Below are positions 36,531 through 51,310 of a stretch of 64,000 nt of DNA, one piece after another. The stretch comes from the human T2T-CHM13v2.0 reference genome, Homo sapiens. The stretch is taken from the NCBI RefSeq assembly GCF_009914755.1, contig NC_060935.1. One strand, 5' to 3'. The notes under the pieces are model-generated. The model saw only the letters and a list, made by a program, of their open reading frames with translations. It searched no databases and was not told the DNA's origin. Position 1 is the first letter of the stretch. Every line of letters starts with the position of its first letter. Made by a program: the position numbers and the translations under genes.

Positions 36531-38739
36531 ACAATGATCACTATTGCATTCATTAATTACTCTGAGAATGCAAGGGAGTTATCAATATCTATTTTCAAAG
36601 CCAAAATTTCTCCCACTTTAGGATTTATTCCTAAGTATATTAGTATCTACCTAAAAGAAATATCAAAAAATGAAGATTTTTAAATAAGTACAAATATTAC
36701 TAATGTTTATATTTGTACATCTTATAAAGAGTTTATCTCTTTGAAATTCAGTTTCATTATTTGCAAATTATAAAAGTAAGAAAAATATAAATCTCTCAGG
36801 GTAATTAAGATGATTAAGTGAAATAATAATTATAAAAGAGACTTTAGCAGGGTGGATATGTAGCAAACACTCAGTAAATGGCCATTAATATTACTATTAT
36901 TACACATTAAGATTAATTTTTATGTGGGGCTTTTTAGTATTTGTGACAAATTTTGTAATTCCTTTTATCACTATGAGGAGACTGAGACTCGGAAGCTAAA
37001 GACTCACTTAGGTAGAAGCTAGAAAAATAGCATCTTGACCTTAGATCTTTTCAGGTCAATAGCTTTCTTCTTTCCACCACACCTTGTCACTTCTGATGTT
37101 TGGTTTGTATTTAAAGTCTCTAGCATAATAAAGAAAAATGGATCTATTATCTTTCTATGGCTTCATTAGAAGACAAAAGCAAAGGAGTATACTTACAAGT
37201 ATTGCTAATATAACTCAGATACAGTTCCTGAGTTCAAAACTTAATAAGTCTAAATTTATTCAGCAGAAAAAGAAATTCTGCAAAATCCAACTGCAAAACG
37301 ACTTCTAAGTAGTAGACTTTGGTCCATTTCCCATCTCTGAATACAAATGCTCCAGGACTCAAAAGTGGTAAAACACATCCCCTGCAGTTGGGTGGATATG
37401 CCAGATCTCTGAATTCCTAATTCAAACAGTGGTGGCATACATTTTAGGGAAGCCCTTGACATAAAGTCATATTTTATATGAGCCAGAACTAATATTTTTA
37501 AGCTGAAGGAACTGCCATTTTTACTAGTTCTTTGCAACACAAGTCATTCTCCTTTACCTGTTTATGGTGCCCCCTGTCCTTTTAAATGTAAGTTGCTTTA
37601 CATCATATTCTGCATCTTCTGTAAACCACTTTCCTTTTCAGTACCTATCATTCTCTTTCAAAGTTCCATATATTTGTACACATTGTTCCCAGTGCTGGGA
37701 AAGTTCCATTCTCCCAATCTCAGTTCTCATTTTCCATTCCACACCCTCCCATATGGCATAGCACCACCGTTTAGAATATTGGCTCTTCTTGCCTCCATGA
37801 AGTCTTCCCCCAGGGCCTGTTGTCTCTTCCACCACAGAGTTCATCAGAGTATGGCTCCTTGAATACGATCCTATTTTTTATTTATACCATCCAATATTGT
37901 TTTTAATCTGCCCATGAAATATTTGCAGAAGCTTACTGTCTCAGGAACTATCCCAAAGACTCACAGAGTGAACATATCAAATACATTCACTGCCTTCATG
38001 GTTCTGCCAAAATAGTGATTATTTTTAACTACTGATCTCTCCTGGATGTATCATGGGTACCATGAAAGCAGAGTGTATCTCATTCATCATCAAACCCACA
38101 GTGGCTAGCACAAGGCCTGGCACGCATCAGTTGCTGATTAAATATTTGCTGAATCATAGTGGTTAACAAGCTGAATTCTGTATTATCATAAATATTTGTG
38201 ATTCAGAGTCAGACAATTCAGTCTAAGATTTGACTTCAGCTTCTTCTCTGCAGATTCCCAAAGGACTGGTTTCTTACATTAGAGGCAACTGAATCTGCCC
38301 TTCAGCACAATTTGTTGACTTTGAGAAGTTATTCCCCAAGTATTGTACCAAGTTTTGCTTAACAAGGTGCCAGAGGTGCTGGAATCATTGCAGACAATAT
38401 TTACTCACATGCTCATGGCCCTTGGAGCTAGGGAAGGCTGGGAGGACATACAGGGAACATTATAGATAAGGACAGCCTAGTTAATATTATAAAAGAAGCA
38501 GGGATAAAGCTCCTGTTTCAGAAAGTGTCTTGGCACGAGCTTTCCCTTTGCAAAAGGCAATTGAAAATGGGCAAAGAAATCTTTTAATTTTCTGATTGTC
38601 TTCATAATTTGACTAGAGTATCTTCACTTGTGGTGAAATCTGAATCCATTCTGATCCTGTCCTCTCTGGCTCTTACTGTGACTGTATCTTTGAACACATA
38701 TATTATATAACTTATACAACAAGTACAAATAATACAACT

Positions 38740-39660
38740 TATTTATTTAATCAACTAGATAAATAGGTTTACCAAGAACCTATTACATGCCAAAGCCTAT
38801 GATAGACACAGAGATTATAAGGAAAAATAAGACATAGTTACAAATTCACCAATATTTGCTGTTCTCAGAATACAGGGCAGAAAAACATAGTATCAATATA
38901 ATAGGTGCCATCTTAAAGGTTTAAACACATGCTGGGAAATCCAAGAGGAGTCAGCAATTGAGTATTGTCCATGAATACAGGCAAACATCCAGAGGAGGTG
39001 ACACTGAGCTGCGATTTGAAAAATGAGGGAAGAGTAATTGGAAACATCTCCACAATAACCTCTTCACTTTTTCCCTGCCTCCATTCCCACACACTTTCAT
39101 CAGTTACCACACAGCTGCCCAAATGATCTTTTATAATGAAAAATGGAACATACTGCCCACCTGCTTTTCAACCCACTTAGAATAAAATCCAAGCTCCTCA
39201 CCATGGCCCACACTCTCTTGACACTTGTCTACCTCTGATATCACATCACATAAAATTCACTCCTCACTAAAGATACTCCAGAAATAATATGTTCTGTCTG
39301 TCCCTTGGACAAGCCAAGCTCAATTTTATTTCTGTACCTTTATACAGGCTGTCTCTTCTGCCTGAAACTTTTAGCCCACGCCACCCCCAATTTGCATGGT
39401 TGACATATTTTTGTCATTTAGTTCTCAGCACAAAAATTACTGTTCAGAGAGGCTTTTTCTAAATGCCCAATATGAATGAAGTGGACTATTCACTTCCAAC
39501 GTATCACTTTTTATCCTGTTGTTGTTTTTTTTAAGTGAGAATTCAAGCACCAGGAAATAAGATTCATGCATTCAATCTGTCTTGGACATTGTCTTATTCC
39601 CAACTCACAGAATATTTCCTGGTACACAGTAAGCACTCTTAATGTTCTTATCTGATTGAT
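38740..39660. mobile_element. Head-to-head L2 pair (minus 38740-39040; plus 39040-39660)
   Basis: AGAGGAGGTGACACTGAGCTG (antisense L2); AGAATAAAATCCAAGCTCCT..CCTGGTACACAGTAAGCACTC (sense L2). Confidence 0.7.
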
Positions 39661-39761
39661 TTCTCATCTGTCATCTATTTCATGATGATGTATATATTAT
39701 AATTCTTATGAAGATAGCTTACTGAACATATTTGGGAGTCTTTAGGAGACTCCAAACTTTT

Positions 39762-40490
39762 CCTATATATTTGCTTAAGCTACCATAACAAGGGACCACA
39801 GACAGGGTGCCTTAAAGCACAGAACTTTATTTTCTCACAATTCTAGAGGCAAAATATGCAAGGTCATGATTTCAGCAGGATTAGTTCATCCCAAGGCTTC
39901 TCTCTTTGGCTTGTAGATGGCTGCCTTTTGCTGGTATCTTCATACAGTCTTCTCCCTGTGTGTGTACACAGCCAGCCCTCCACATCTGTGAGATCTATAT
40001 CCACACATTCAATCAACTGCAGATCAAAATGTTCAAAAAAGATAACAAATAACAATAAAATAATACAATAAGTTTTACAAAGAAATAGCAACGCAACAAA
40101 ACACTATACAACAATATAATACAAATAAAAAACTACAGTATAACAACTATCACATTTACATTGTATTAGGTATTATAAGTAATCTAGAAATGTACAAGAA
40201 GATGTGGATAGGTTATATGCAAATACTATGCCATTTCATAAAAGGAACTTGAGCATCTGTGGATTTCTCAGAGGGTCCTGAAACCACAGCCTCATGGATA
40301 CCAAGAAATGACTGTATTTGTTCCCTAATCCCATCTTTCTATAAGGATACAAGTCATATAGGATTAGGGCTCACTCTAAAGCTTCCATCAATCTTAGTCA
40401 CCTCTTTAAAGATCTTATCTCCAAATACAGTCATATACTGAGATGAGACGTCAATATATGAATTTTGGGGGTCCACAATTGAGCCCACAA
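39762..40490 (-). mobile_element. MLT1A/B LTR, interrupted by MER2
   Basis: TTTATTTTCTCACAATTCTAGAGGC..GGCTTGTAGATGGCTG; GGATTAGGGCTCAC..TATCTCCAAATACAGTCA..ATATGAATTTTGGGGG. Confidence 0.85.
39969..40314 (-). mobile_element. MER2 (TcMar-Tigger)
   Basis: CATTTACATTGTATTAGGTATTATAAGTAATCTAGA..GGTTATATGCAAATACTATGCCATTT..ACTTGAGCATC; CAG..CTG termini followed by TA. Confidence 0.9.
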
Positions 40491-40629
40491 GGCCATATAA
40501 TATGTCACTATGAATCTACTAGAAAATATAGAGTTCATGATATAAAATAATTTATAATCCATAAAACTTTCCTGATTTAGACCATGGGTCTTGATTTGTT
40601 CTTTATTTCAGCAAACGCTGGTATAATAT

Positions 40630-41180
40630 GATACTGATATGCTTAAGCTCATGTAATGGAGACACAAAATACAGTAACTCAAGAAAGATACATGTTTATT
40701 TTTGTTTCAGTTCAGACATAAGTGGCTATTCTATGGCAAGTGGGCAGTTTTCCTTCGGGAGGTTGTCCAGGAGCACAGTTCCCTTCTAACTTGTTATCCA
40801 CTATTCACTAAGGTGGTTTTCTCATGTCTGCATGGCTGAATCTACCCCCACTAGTACAACTTTCTCCTTTAGACCAAGAGAAAGGGCTAGAGAAGAAATG
40901 GTGAACAAGCAGTTTTCTTTTCAGGACATGGGCTTGAAGTTAAGCCCTTCACTTCCTCTCACATTCCATGGAATTAATTTACTCATATCATCATACCATT
41001 TGCAAAGAAAGCTTGGAAATGCAGTCTCAATCTGGTTGAGTATGAGATCTGTCACATGATTATACCATATGTGGTGGTTGAGAAGTTCTAGTACTAAAAG
41101 AAAGTCGTAAGGAACAGATATTGGGGAACAATTTCTGTTACAAGAGTGGATATTGAGGGACAATTAATCTCTGCCAAATT
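40630..41180 (-). mobile_element. Old MLT1 (I/J/K-type) LTR
   Basis: TCACTTCCTCTCACATTCCATGG..GCAAAGAAAGCTTGGAAATGCAGTCT. Confidence 0.5.
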
Positions 41181-41475
41181 AATTAGATTTTTAACTATAT
41201 CCAAAATACTTGCAGCAGTATTTTGGACAGAGAGTAGCATAAGACATGGTCTTTTCCACTTATGTAACATTCTTATTTAAAAGTGTAAGATTAGCTCAAT
41301 CTGTTGTAATTATCATTGGAACCTGAGATTATTTTTATACCAAGTTTGACAAAAATTCCATTCACCATGGTCATATTTTTTGATCATCCTAGCATTACCT
41401 ATGAGAAAAACTTAAGTCAAAATATTTTGCATAATGTCATGCTGTTTTATACAAGCAGAAACATAACAGAAAGGC

Positions 41476-41545
41476 ACAATAAATAAAACTATAAATAAAA
41501 CAATAATAAATAAAACAATAAATAAAACAATTAAATAAATAAAGG
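41476..41545 (+). repeat. (AATAAATAAAAC)n-like simple repeat
   Basis: About 4-5 imperfect copies visible directly. Confidence 0.8.
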
Positions 41546-41799
41546 CACAATAAAGTAAAAGATAGAGGCATCTAAATGACACAGTTTTGGAAGGGCCCTC
41601 ACCTGTGTAAGCATCAGCCAATGAACAAAAGAATAACTATAGGCAAGGTACTTAATGCTTCCAAATCTCAGTTTTTATATTGCTACACTTAGAATAATAC
41701 TTACCTTGAGGGTTCTTCTAAAGGCTTAGGCTGATGTGTGAAAATCAACCTGCAGAACTCAATAAACAGAAATACAATTTGGTGGTTTTCTTTACTTAA

Positions 41800-42020
41800 G
41801 AACATGGTTTCTAGATAAGATTATCTGATATTTGTTAATCATTTGTGACATCAGGTAATACTCTTAAACTCCCTAAGTCTCAGTTTTCTCAACTTTAGAA
41901 CAAAAATAACAATAGCACCAGATTGACAGTAGTGTTACTGTCAGATTTGAGTAAAACAATGCATGTAAACTGCCTATCAAGGTGCTTGGTGCATCCTAAG
42001 TGTTTAGTCAATATCATTGC
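41800..42020 (+). mobile_element. MIR
   Basis: TGTGACATCAGGTAA..CCCTAAGTCTCAGTTTTCTCA..AATGCATGTAAA. Confidence 0.7.
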
Positions 42021-43119
42021 CATGATTTTTTTCTCTGCTGAATATTGTGGCTTAGGTCATTAGACAAGAGTCTTCCTCCAGCCCCATCTAAGGCCCTGGT
42101 TCTTTATCAATTGTCTGCGCTGCTGCTGAGTAAAAAGTGAAGATACACAGCACATCTGTTTCCCATTTAAGAGGCCTTCAGGCTGGGTGCTTTAAAGATT
42201 AAACTGCATTATTGTCATTATCCATGTGAAGACTTCTTTCCACGGTGAAGCTATTCATACTTAGAGTGGAAAATTACAACTTCCAAAATTGTCTCCCCAG
42301 GGGAAATCTAATGGGTATTTTTTTAATGTCTTTTGTAAATGATTGCTATCAAATGAAGAATTCTGATTAAGGTCATTGAAACTTTTTAACAGATAGTGAG
42401 AGGAAAATCATTGGGCATATTCCTAGTCACATTCATTCCCCCATTACCCTTTGACCCATTAATTCAACAGGACTATTTAGCTGCCCTTTTTATGTTAATG
42501 GAAACACAAAAAGTTGGAAAATTTCTGACTAAAATTTTAATTGCCCATTTGAGGCAATTAACATTTTACCATCAAGTAATTGCCCATTTGAGGACAATAA
42601 GTTCAAGTCATAAGAATAAACACCAGGGGACACCATTCAGTTCTAGGAAGATTCAGAATTGACATCACTCCCTCTCGCAAGACTTATTATTTTCTAATAT
42701 AGAAGACATGTTATTGGAATATATCCCAAGAACACACTCTTTTCAAGCACTAGGAGATAAAAACCTTTCTTGCATAACACTACCTATATGCTAGTTATTA
42801 CCATGTCAGTTCTAAAAGTCACGTTGGAACCAGTTAAAATAATTATTTAAGAAAAAACTAAATCAACTTAATTTGCCACCTGTTTGGGAGCCTGTGTGCT
42901 CCATCAGTTGACTAGACAAACAGGTAGCTTGCATAGCCTAAGGAAGGAAAAAATCAATCTTCTAAGAATAAAGCTAGTGTCAAAGTAACAGGTATCCTTG
43001 AAGCTTGATTTAAGATCAGTGAATTACAAACATTTGTTGTGGTGGAATGAAAACATAACAGAAAAAGTTCTCCTTGACATGGAGGTACTTACTACTTAAC
43101 AATTAGAAAATCAGATCTT

Positions 43120-43480
43120 GTCACATTCTGAATTTGTTGATTTCCTCATCATTAGATTCAAGTTAAGACGATTGTGGTAGGAAAACTACATGAAGATGTT
43201 TACTTCTTTCTGCATCCCACCAGGAGGCATATATGCTAGGGTTTTCCCACTATCAATGAGGCGAAGACTGAGAACTTGATAAATACGCCAAGTGAATCAT
43301 TTTATATGAAGGTAAATTCTTCTTTGGAATTATTAGGTAAACTGTGGAGAGATACTTTGAGACCATGTTAATATCCTGCTCCCTAAAAGTATTTCAGAGA
43401 CAGGGGAAATACTTTCTAGTATCCTTCGATAATGCTTGTCTATATCAGTTACTGCATTGGCTGTCAGAAAATGGTGACTT
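43120..43480 (-). mobile_element. L1MC 3' fragment
   Basis: TTTCCTCATCATTAGATTCAAGTTA..CAGGAGGCAT..GTGGAGAGATACTTTGAGACCATGT.AATATCCTG. Confidence 0.65.
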
Positions 43481-45699
43481 TGTAATTTTATCATTCCTTT
43501 ATTCAACCGGACTTGTTGATTTTGGCTTACACATATTGAGGATCTTCTAAATTTGCTTTGTTATGGGGCAGCTCACAGAAAAAATTCAGCAAAATTAGAA
43601 CTGAAAGTTCTAACCATCTTTCAAAAGCTTACAGTACTAAATTTCCCAACCCTTCTTGCATCTCTCTTTACTATTTCTGCTATTCTTATTTTGTTCTGAT
43701 TTATTCCATGCCTTTCCATTCTGCCTCAAAACCTTTTTGAAAGAAATTTATATAAGAAAATACTTATTTCTGGAATCTGAATAATGTCTTTCTGTTCTTG
43801 AATGGCCAGAAAGGGAGAGAAGAAGGGCTTTTTATGACTGTGTCAGAGATTCTTAAACTATATTAAAGAACTAGCAACATGCTTTCAGAAGAGGTTTTCT
43901 GCTTATACACAAACAAAGAGGAGGGCAAGATTAAAGAAATTAAAAATTCTGAAGAAACACACATTACACTGATTTCTAGTCAATGGGACCTGGGTCTGGC
44001 ATTTGTCAATTTTATACATAAACCGAGTAATACTGGCTTTGTGATTTGTTTAAATACATATCATCTTTAGGAGTAGATATGTCATTTCCTTTCAAAAGGT
44101 TGTAAGAAAAGGAGCAGTACAGAGAACTTACTTGAAAATGCAATTCAAAATGTATATTCTTTTTTAATTACTCAGTGTATTATTTGAAAAGAAAAGGACA
44201 ACAGCTCTCATCATTCATCCATAGGTCTGTGAATCTTTTCTCAAAATAAGTTTGCCATTTTTTGCCAGCAAAATGCATTCAGTTCCAGGCAAGTGGTTCC
44301 ACATTAACGTGCCATTTCTGTTAGATGTTAAGCCAAATTTTTACACACTCCAAGAATGATTCTGTGAAGCACTTGTGTGAAGCTTTCCAATTGTGCTTCT
44401 TTAAAATAGTTCAACAAACTCCCTGGGAGAAGGTTGAGAAAGCTCTTTACCAATTGGCCAACCACAATTATTCTCTAACCCAGAAGTCTCTTCTGTTGAC
44501 CAAATGGTTGAGTGGTTTACAGGAGAATGTCAATAGGACCAAACATTTTGACCATCCTGAATGGCTTGCATCTTAAGCCTTTAATCAAAGCAGCTATTCA
44601 TTCATTTTAGAGCAACATATCTATAAGAGCAGCAGTGAGATATTGAACTCTTACTTATTGTTCCCATACTGAGCTGAAATGCTGAGGCATAGATATGGAA
44701 GGCACCACAGATACTAGGCACATAAATGCCACTTCACCTGCCAGATGGATAACCCTGAATGCCTTTTGCAAGACATCTCAAATCTCTTCACTAGTGCACA
44801 GGCTTCACATGGTTATACAGTATAGCACCACAGATATTCAGGGCCAACAACTCTATGGAAGGCATGAAAATGCTTTGCCTCCCAGAAGATGTTAGGCTCC
44901 AAGAGGTTTGTAAATTGAGACTTATCTGAATGTTCACTTCAAATCAGAGAGGAACAATTTTTTTTTCCAAAAATTGTTGATCTGAAACTTGTACAATAAA
45001 AATAATATAAAGCTTATATGTTGATCGTTGTCATTGTATTGCAACTCCCTACTATGCTTCACCTCTCTGAGAGGTGTACAAATTCCTAGACAGTGGTAAT
45101 AATGGGGAAACCCACAACCACACTGTAACTTCTCTCACTTTCTCTTTTCTTTGTCTCTCTTTCACTCAACTTTGCAAGCAAACCTGATATGGTAAAAATA
45201 ATAGTGGGAGTTAGAATTTGAATAATTTACCATTATTGCTCAAAACTTGGGTAAGCTATTTTCTCAATATACTTTCATTGGTAAAATTAAGTCAGTTGTT
45301 TCCACATTGTATGTTTTTTGATGATTGAGAATAAAAACATGAAAGACACCAGATACAGACTCAAAGTCAATATGATACTGACAGTTTGATAGAAAACAAT
45401 CTCTGAAACATAACCCACAAAGCCTCCCTCATCAACCACCAGATTTCTAATTGCTATTCATTTATTCATCCATCAACATATACTGAGTACTTGTTATGTG
45501 ACAGGCATTGTGTTAAGAGAAACATAGTCCTAATTCTGAAAAAAAGACATTCCTTAATGACCAGCATGGACAAGTACAAGGATGACTGCCATTTTGTGGA
45601 GCTATAGATAATGAAAGCAGTATTTTAAGAGTTGATTTCAGCTTTCTATATGAAGTTCACAGTTATATCATAAATTGTCTTTATAAGAATACTTTAAAA

Positions 45700-46318
45700 A
45701 TGATTTAAGAACTTAGAAGCCAAACATCTAAATCCAAGTCCTTTTCTTTTCCTGCTCTCCACTCATTAAATTGCATGAACTTGAAATAGTTATCTAACAT
45801 CTTAGTTTTATCTAATTTTGAACTTTATAACATAAATGAAATAATATGCAATGTGCAACTTTAGCTTCTTTTGCTTAACACAGTTTTTTAGATATTCTTA
45901 TTGTTTTTATAAATTAGTAGTTCATTATTTTTCATTGCTGGCTAGTATTCTATGAATGCAGAATTATTTATGTATGCATTTTCTTATTTATGAGTATTCA
46001 GATTGTTTAAATTGAGGGTATAAATGAATAAAGTTGCTATGATTATTCATATACAAGTCTTTTTGAAGAAATATGTTTTTATTTCCCTTTGATAAAGAAG
46101 ATCGAAATAACTGGCTCTTAGGATATGTGTATGTTCAACTTCATAAAAAACTGCAAAACTGTAAAAAAAAAAGAAATAGTTATCTAACATCTTTTACATC
46201 ATTTCATCTGTGATATGAGGTAATAATTGCATTTATTGGTTCATTAAGATAATTTAAGATAATACCACTAGAACAGTTTGTGGCATGTTTAAATCCTTGA
46301 CATGTGGTAGCTATTGTT
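45700..46318 (+). mobile_element. MIR split by a TSD-flanked insert
   Basis: Left half ends ..TGCATGAACTTGAAATAGTTATCTAACATCTT; right half resumes TTTCATCTGTGATATGAGG..GTAGCTATTGTT. Confidence 0.7.
45804..46172 (+). mobile_element. Polyadenylated retro-insertion of antisense L1M sequence (candidate orphan transduction)
   Basis: Exact 21-bp TSD GAAATAGTTATCTAACATCTT at 45783-45803 and 46173-46193; pure A10 at 46163-46172; body is antisense L1M 3' sequence. Confidence 0.8.
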
Positions 46319-46559
46319 AGAAAGCCACTAACACATATATTAAAAAAATTATTTAATGTCTTTTATCTTGGAATTCATTTGGTTATGGTAATCTAATAGG
46401 ACAAATAATACAGTTATGAATCCCAAATTTATAGAACTTTGATTCTTGGAAGAAGAGAAAAGCAGATAACAGGATTTTAAGAGATCATCTAGCCAAACAT
46501 TTTATTGTGCAGATAATAAAACCAAAGCCAAGAGAGATATAAATAGTAGTTTTGAAAGC

Positions 46560-46790
46560 TACTGTGCACATATCTCATACTTTTTGAAGTACTTTAAATA
46601 TTTTAATCACAATAAGTCTACAGCATATTTACTGTTAGCATTTTCATTTTACCAGTAAAGAAACTGAGTAACAGAGTTTTCAAGTCAATTACCCCAGGTC
46701 ACATGGCTAATAAGCAGCAGAGATGGAAATCTGATTTGGACAGTCTGGCTTTAAGAGCCAAGTATTTAGCCAGTAAGGCACACTGCCTTT
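46560..46790 (-). mobile_element. MIRb
   Basis: CATTTTACCAGTAAAGAAACTGAG..CCCAGGTCACATGGCTAATAAG..CAGTCTGGCT. Confidence 0.75.
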
Positions 46791-47339
46791 TAATGTAGAG
46801 GACTTGCCTAAGGGTAATAATCATCAACACTTGTGACAAATGAAGAGCTAGATGAAAGTATATCAGATTCAGAGCAATACAGCATCACCACATCACACAC
46901 CCCCTAATTTGTATTTAAGTACTTCTTACAGAGAAAGCAATTTGAATTTCAAACTTCTTGAAGAGTTTCTAAATATCAGATCACCATTCAGAAAGTCCAA
47001 CTAAATATCTGCATTAATACTCAGGCACCAAATAAAAAAAATTACTCTAAATCAAAATGCCTAGTCTTTTTAAACAAGATCAGAAATTATCTGAACTGAA
47101 TTTACTCCATAATAATTTTTTCAAAATACCTAAACTCTTTATCACTTCTTAAAATTGTATTGTCACACTCATGCTTATCAGGTTCACAGAGCAAGAAATA
47201 TTTTATTTTTATTGCTATTAAAGTAAGTAGCATACTTTTCTGTTAGTCATCAGGAAATTATTGTCCATAAAACTTTCCTAGGAGAAAAAATAATTAAAAT
47301 TCTTCTTCTTCTGAGAATCCATATTTACTACTACTTGGG

Positions 47340-47748
47340 TGTATTAGTCAGCTTATAATAGATAAATGGAAAAGCAGCAGTGACAAACATCCCTAAATTT
47401 CGTACACTGAAAATGTGTTTCTTTCTCAAATAAACCTCACAGATTGGCTAGAGTTCTTTTCTACTCAGAATCTAAGCTGATAATGCTTCCATATTTTTGT
47501 AGTTACTGTATCTGCAAAAAGACTTTAGTGGTCACAACAGCAGGGGAAGAGAGAATTGGAGGGCCACCTACTGGCTCTTTTGTCCTCTTGCCTATATATG
47601 AAACACATAGATTCTGTGCACAGTTTACTCACAAAAGCTAGCACTTTTCCCTGCCTAATTGCAAGGGTGTGGGAAACTGTAATACTACTTCAGAAGTGCA
47701 GAAGGAAAAAGCATAAGATTTGAGTAAGCACTATAAGTCTATACCACA
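47340..47748 (-). mobile_element. Old MLT1 LTR
   Basis: TGTATTAGTCAG..GCAGTGACAAACA.CCC.AAAT..CCTAATTGCAAGGG..CTATACCACA. Confidence 0.55.
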
Positions 47749-47859
47749 ATGAATCTGTACATACTTCTTGCTGGACAGATAAGGATATAGAATGACTGAT
47801 GTTAAACGTTCCATCGCAATGCAACTGTTACTACTATTATTACTAAAGCTGCTATACTA

Positions 47860-48100
47860 CTCATATACCATATAGCAAGCAAGTATTATGTGCTAAGTAC
47901 TATGTTAGCAAATTTTATAGAATATCTAATTTCACAAAACAAGGCCATGAACTATTATTATTTCCAGCTAACAAATAAGAAATCTGAAGTTTAGAAAGTT
48001 TAGCATCTTGTTCAAGATCCCACAGATAAGAAGTGATGGAAATACTTTGTTTGCATATAGTTCATTATGACTTCAAAATATTTGCTATTTCCACAGTGAA
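47860..48100 (-). mobile_element. MIR
   Basis: ATGTGCTAAGTACTATGTTAG..AAATAAGAAATCTGAAGTTTAG..TTGTTCAAGATCCCACAG. Confidence 0.7.
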
Positions 48101-48964
48101 ATAAATTTAAGAGAGCAGGCTGGGAATTCAAAGCAAAGTATATTAGATAAATCTTCTATGTGCTAAACAGAAGAAGGAAGCATCTCTCTGCATTGAGGAA
48201 TGTACTATTGTATTAGGTAATTAAGGCTTATACAGAAGTAACTATTCTTTGATATTTTTTTCATTGATGACAACCACATTGCTACTGTATTTAGGTTTTA
48301 TGCACCAGCCAAAGTGTTAGAGCCTATCTGTCTAACATCTGAAATGTTTACTCAAACACTACAAAGTAGGTATTTTTATTCCCTTGTTATGGATGAGAAA
48401 AGAGACCCAGAGAATTCAGGTGACTCGAACTAGACTACACATTATACATAGAAGATCTGAGATTTGAATTTATATGCTTTTGGCGCAGAATTCACGTTTT
48501 GAACTATGTTAGATCAATTTCACCTGCTAAACTTCTCAACATTCAAGGCTTAGCTAAAGCATTACTTGCCCTGTGAGTCATAGTAGAAACCCCAGTTACA
48601 GGTAGGAATGTTCTCTTCTCCACCTTCCAAAAATACTGAGTGAAAGCCACTATGGTAGCCATTATCACATTCTATTGTTACTGTCTATTTACATCACTAT
48701 CTTACAGACAGACCGCAGACACCGTGAAGTAAGCCTAGGCAAATGAGGTGGTTGTTGTTAGCCTTAAAAAGAGGTGGGAGGATTTTCACAGAGGTCCCCT
48801 TGTCCCAGGAAAGCCTCAAAAGATACCAGCCTCAAATTAAATGGACCATTCTATACTTTGGTAGCAGGTAAACTTCAAGCCACTTATGCAGTACCCGCTT
48901 TTCTGAACTGGCATAGCGAGTGTCTGGAGTCAAGGACTTGAAGCGTGAACCATCAGCAGAGCTC

Positions 48965-50861
<1,897 letters not shown>

Positions 50862-51109
50862 CCTCTTTCTTTTCTCTACTGAAAAAGTCTTGGTTTTCCT
50901 GGCTACTTGAGTGAACTAATCAATTTCATTCCATTCAAACAGTTGAACATTATATTTAACATCCTCCTAAACACAAATAACTGATAGAAGGACACATATG
51001 TTGCCTATTTTAACTGCAATAAAGTATATAAGTGCCAGAAGGAGTCACTGAACAGAACCTGATGTAAGAATTAGGTTTATTACAGTTATTTCCTGCACTA
51101 AGAAGACAC

Positions 51110-51310
51110 ACGGACCTAAGAATGACAAAGACTAGAGTTCAACGTTCAGCCTTTTCTTTGGCTGGGTGACATTAGTTATATAACCTAAACCTCAGTGACA
51201 CTCTCCGAACCTCAGTGTCTTCATCTCTAAAACAAGAATACTAAAAACCACTATTAAACTTTGCTATGACTAGTAAAATAAAATAGGATACAGAAAGAAC
51301 ATGCAACAGA
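51110..51310 (+). mobile_element. MIR
   Basis: GGCTGGGTGAC..CTCTCCGAACCTCAGTGTCTTCATCTCTAAAA. Confidence 0.6.

Noticed and set aside
41476-41545. Regularly spaced repeats suggestive of a CRISPR-like array
   Set aside because: A-rich simple repeat without unique spacers, in eukaryotic DNA.
43900-45200. Long unique stretch as a possible exon or enhancer
   Set aside because: No ORF, splice pair or distinctive motif cluster that I can support from sequence alone.
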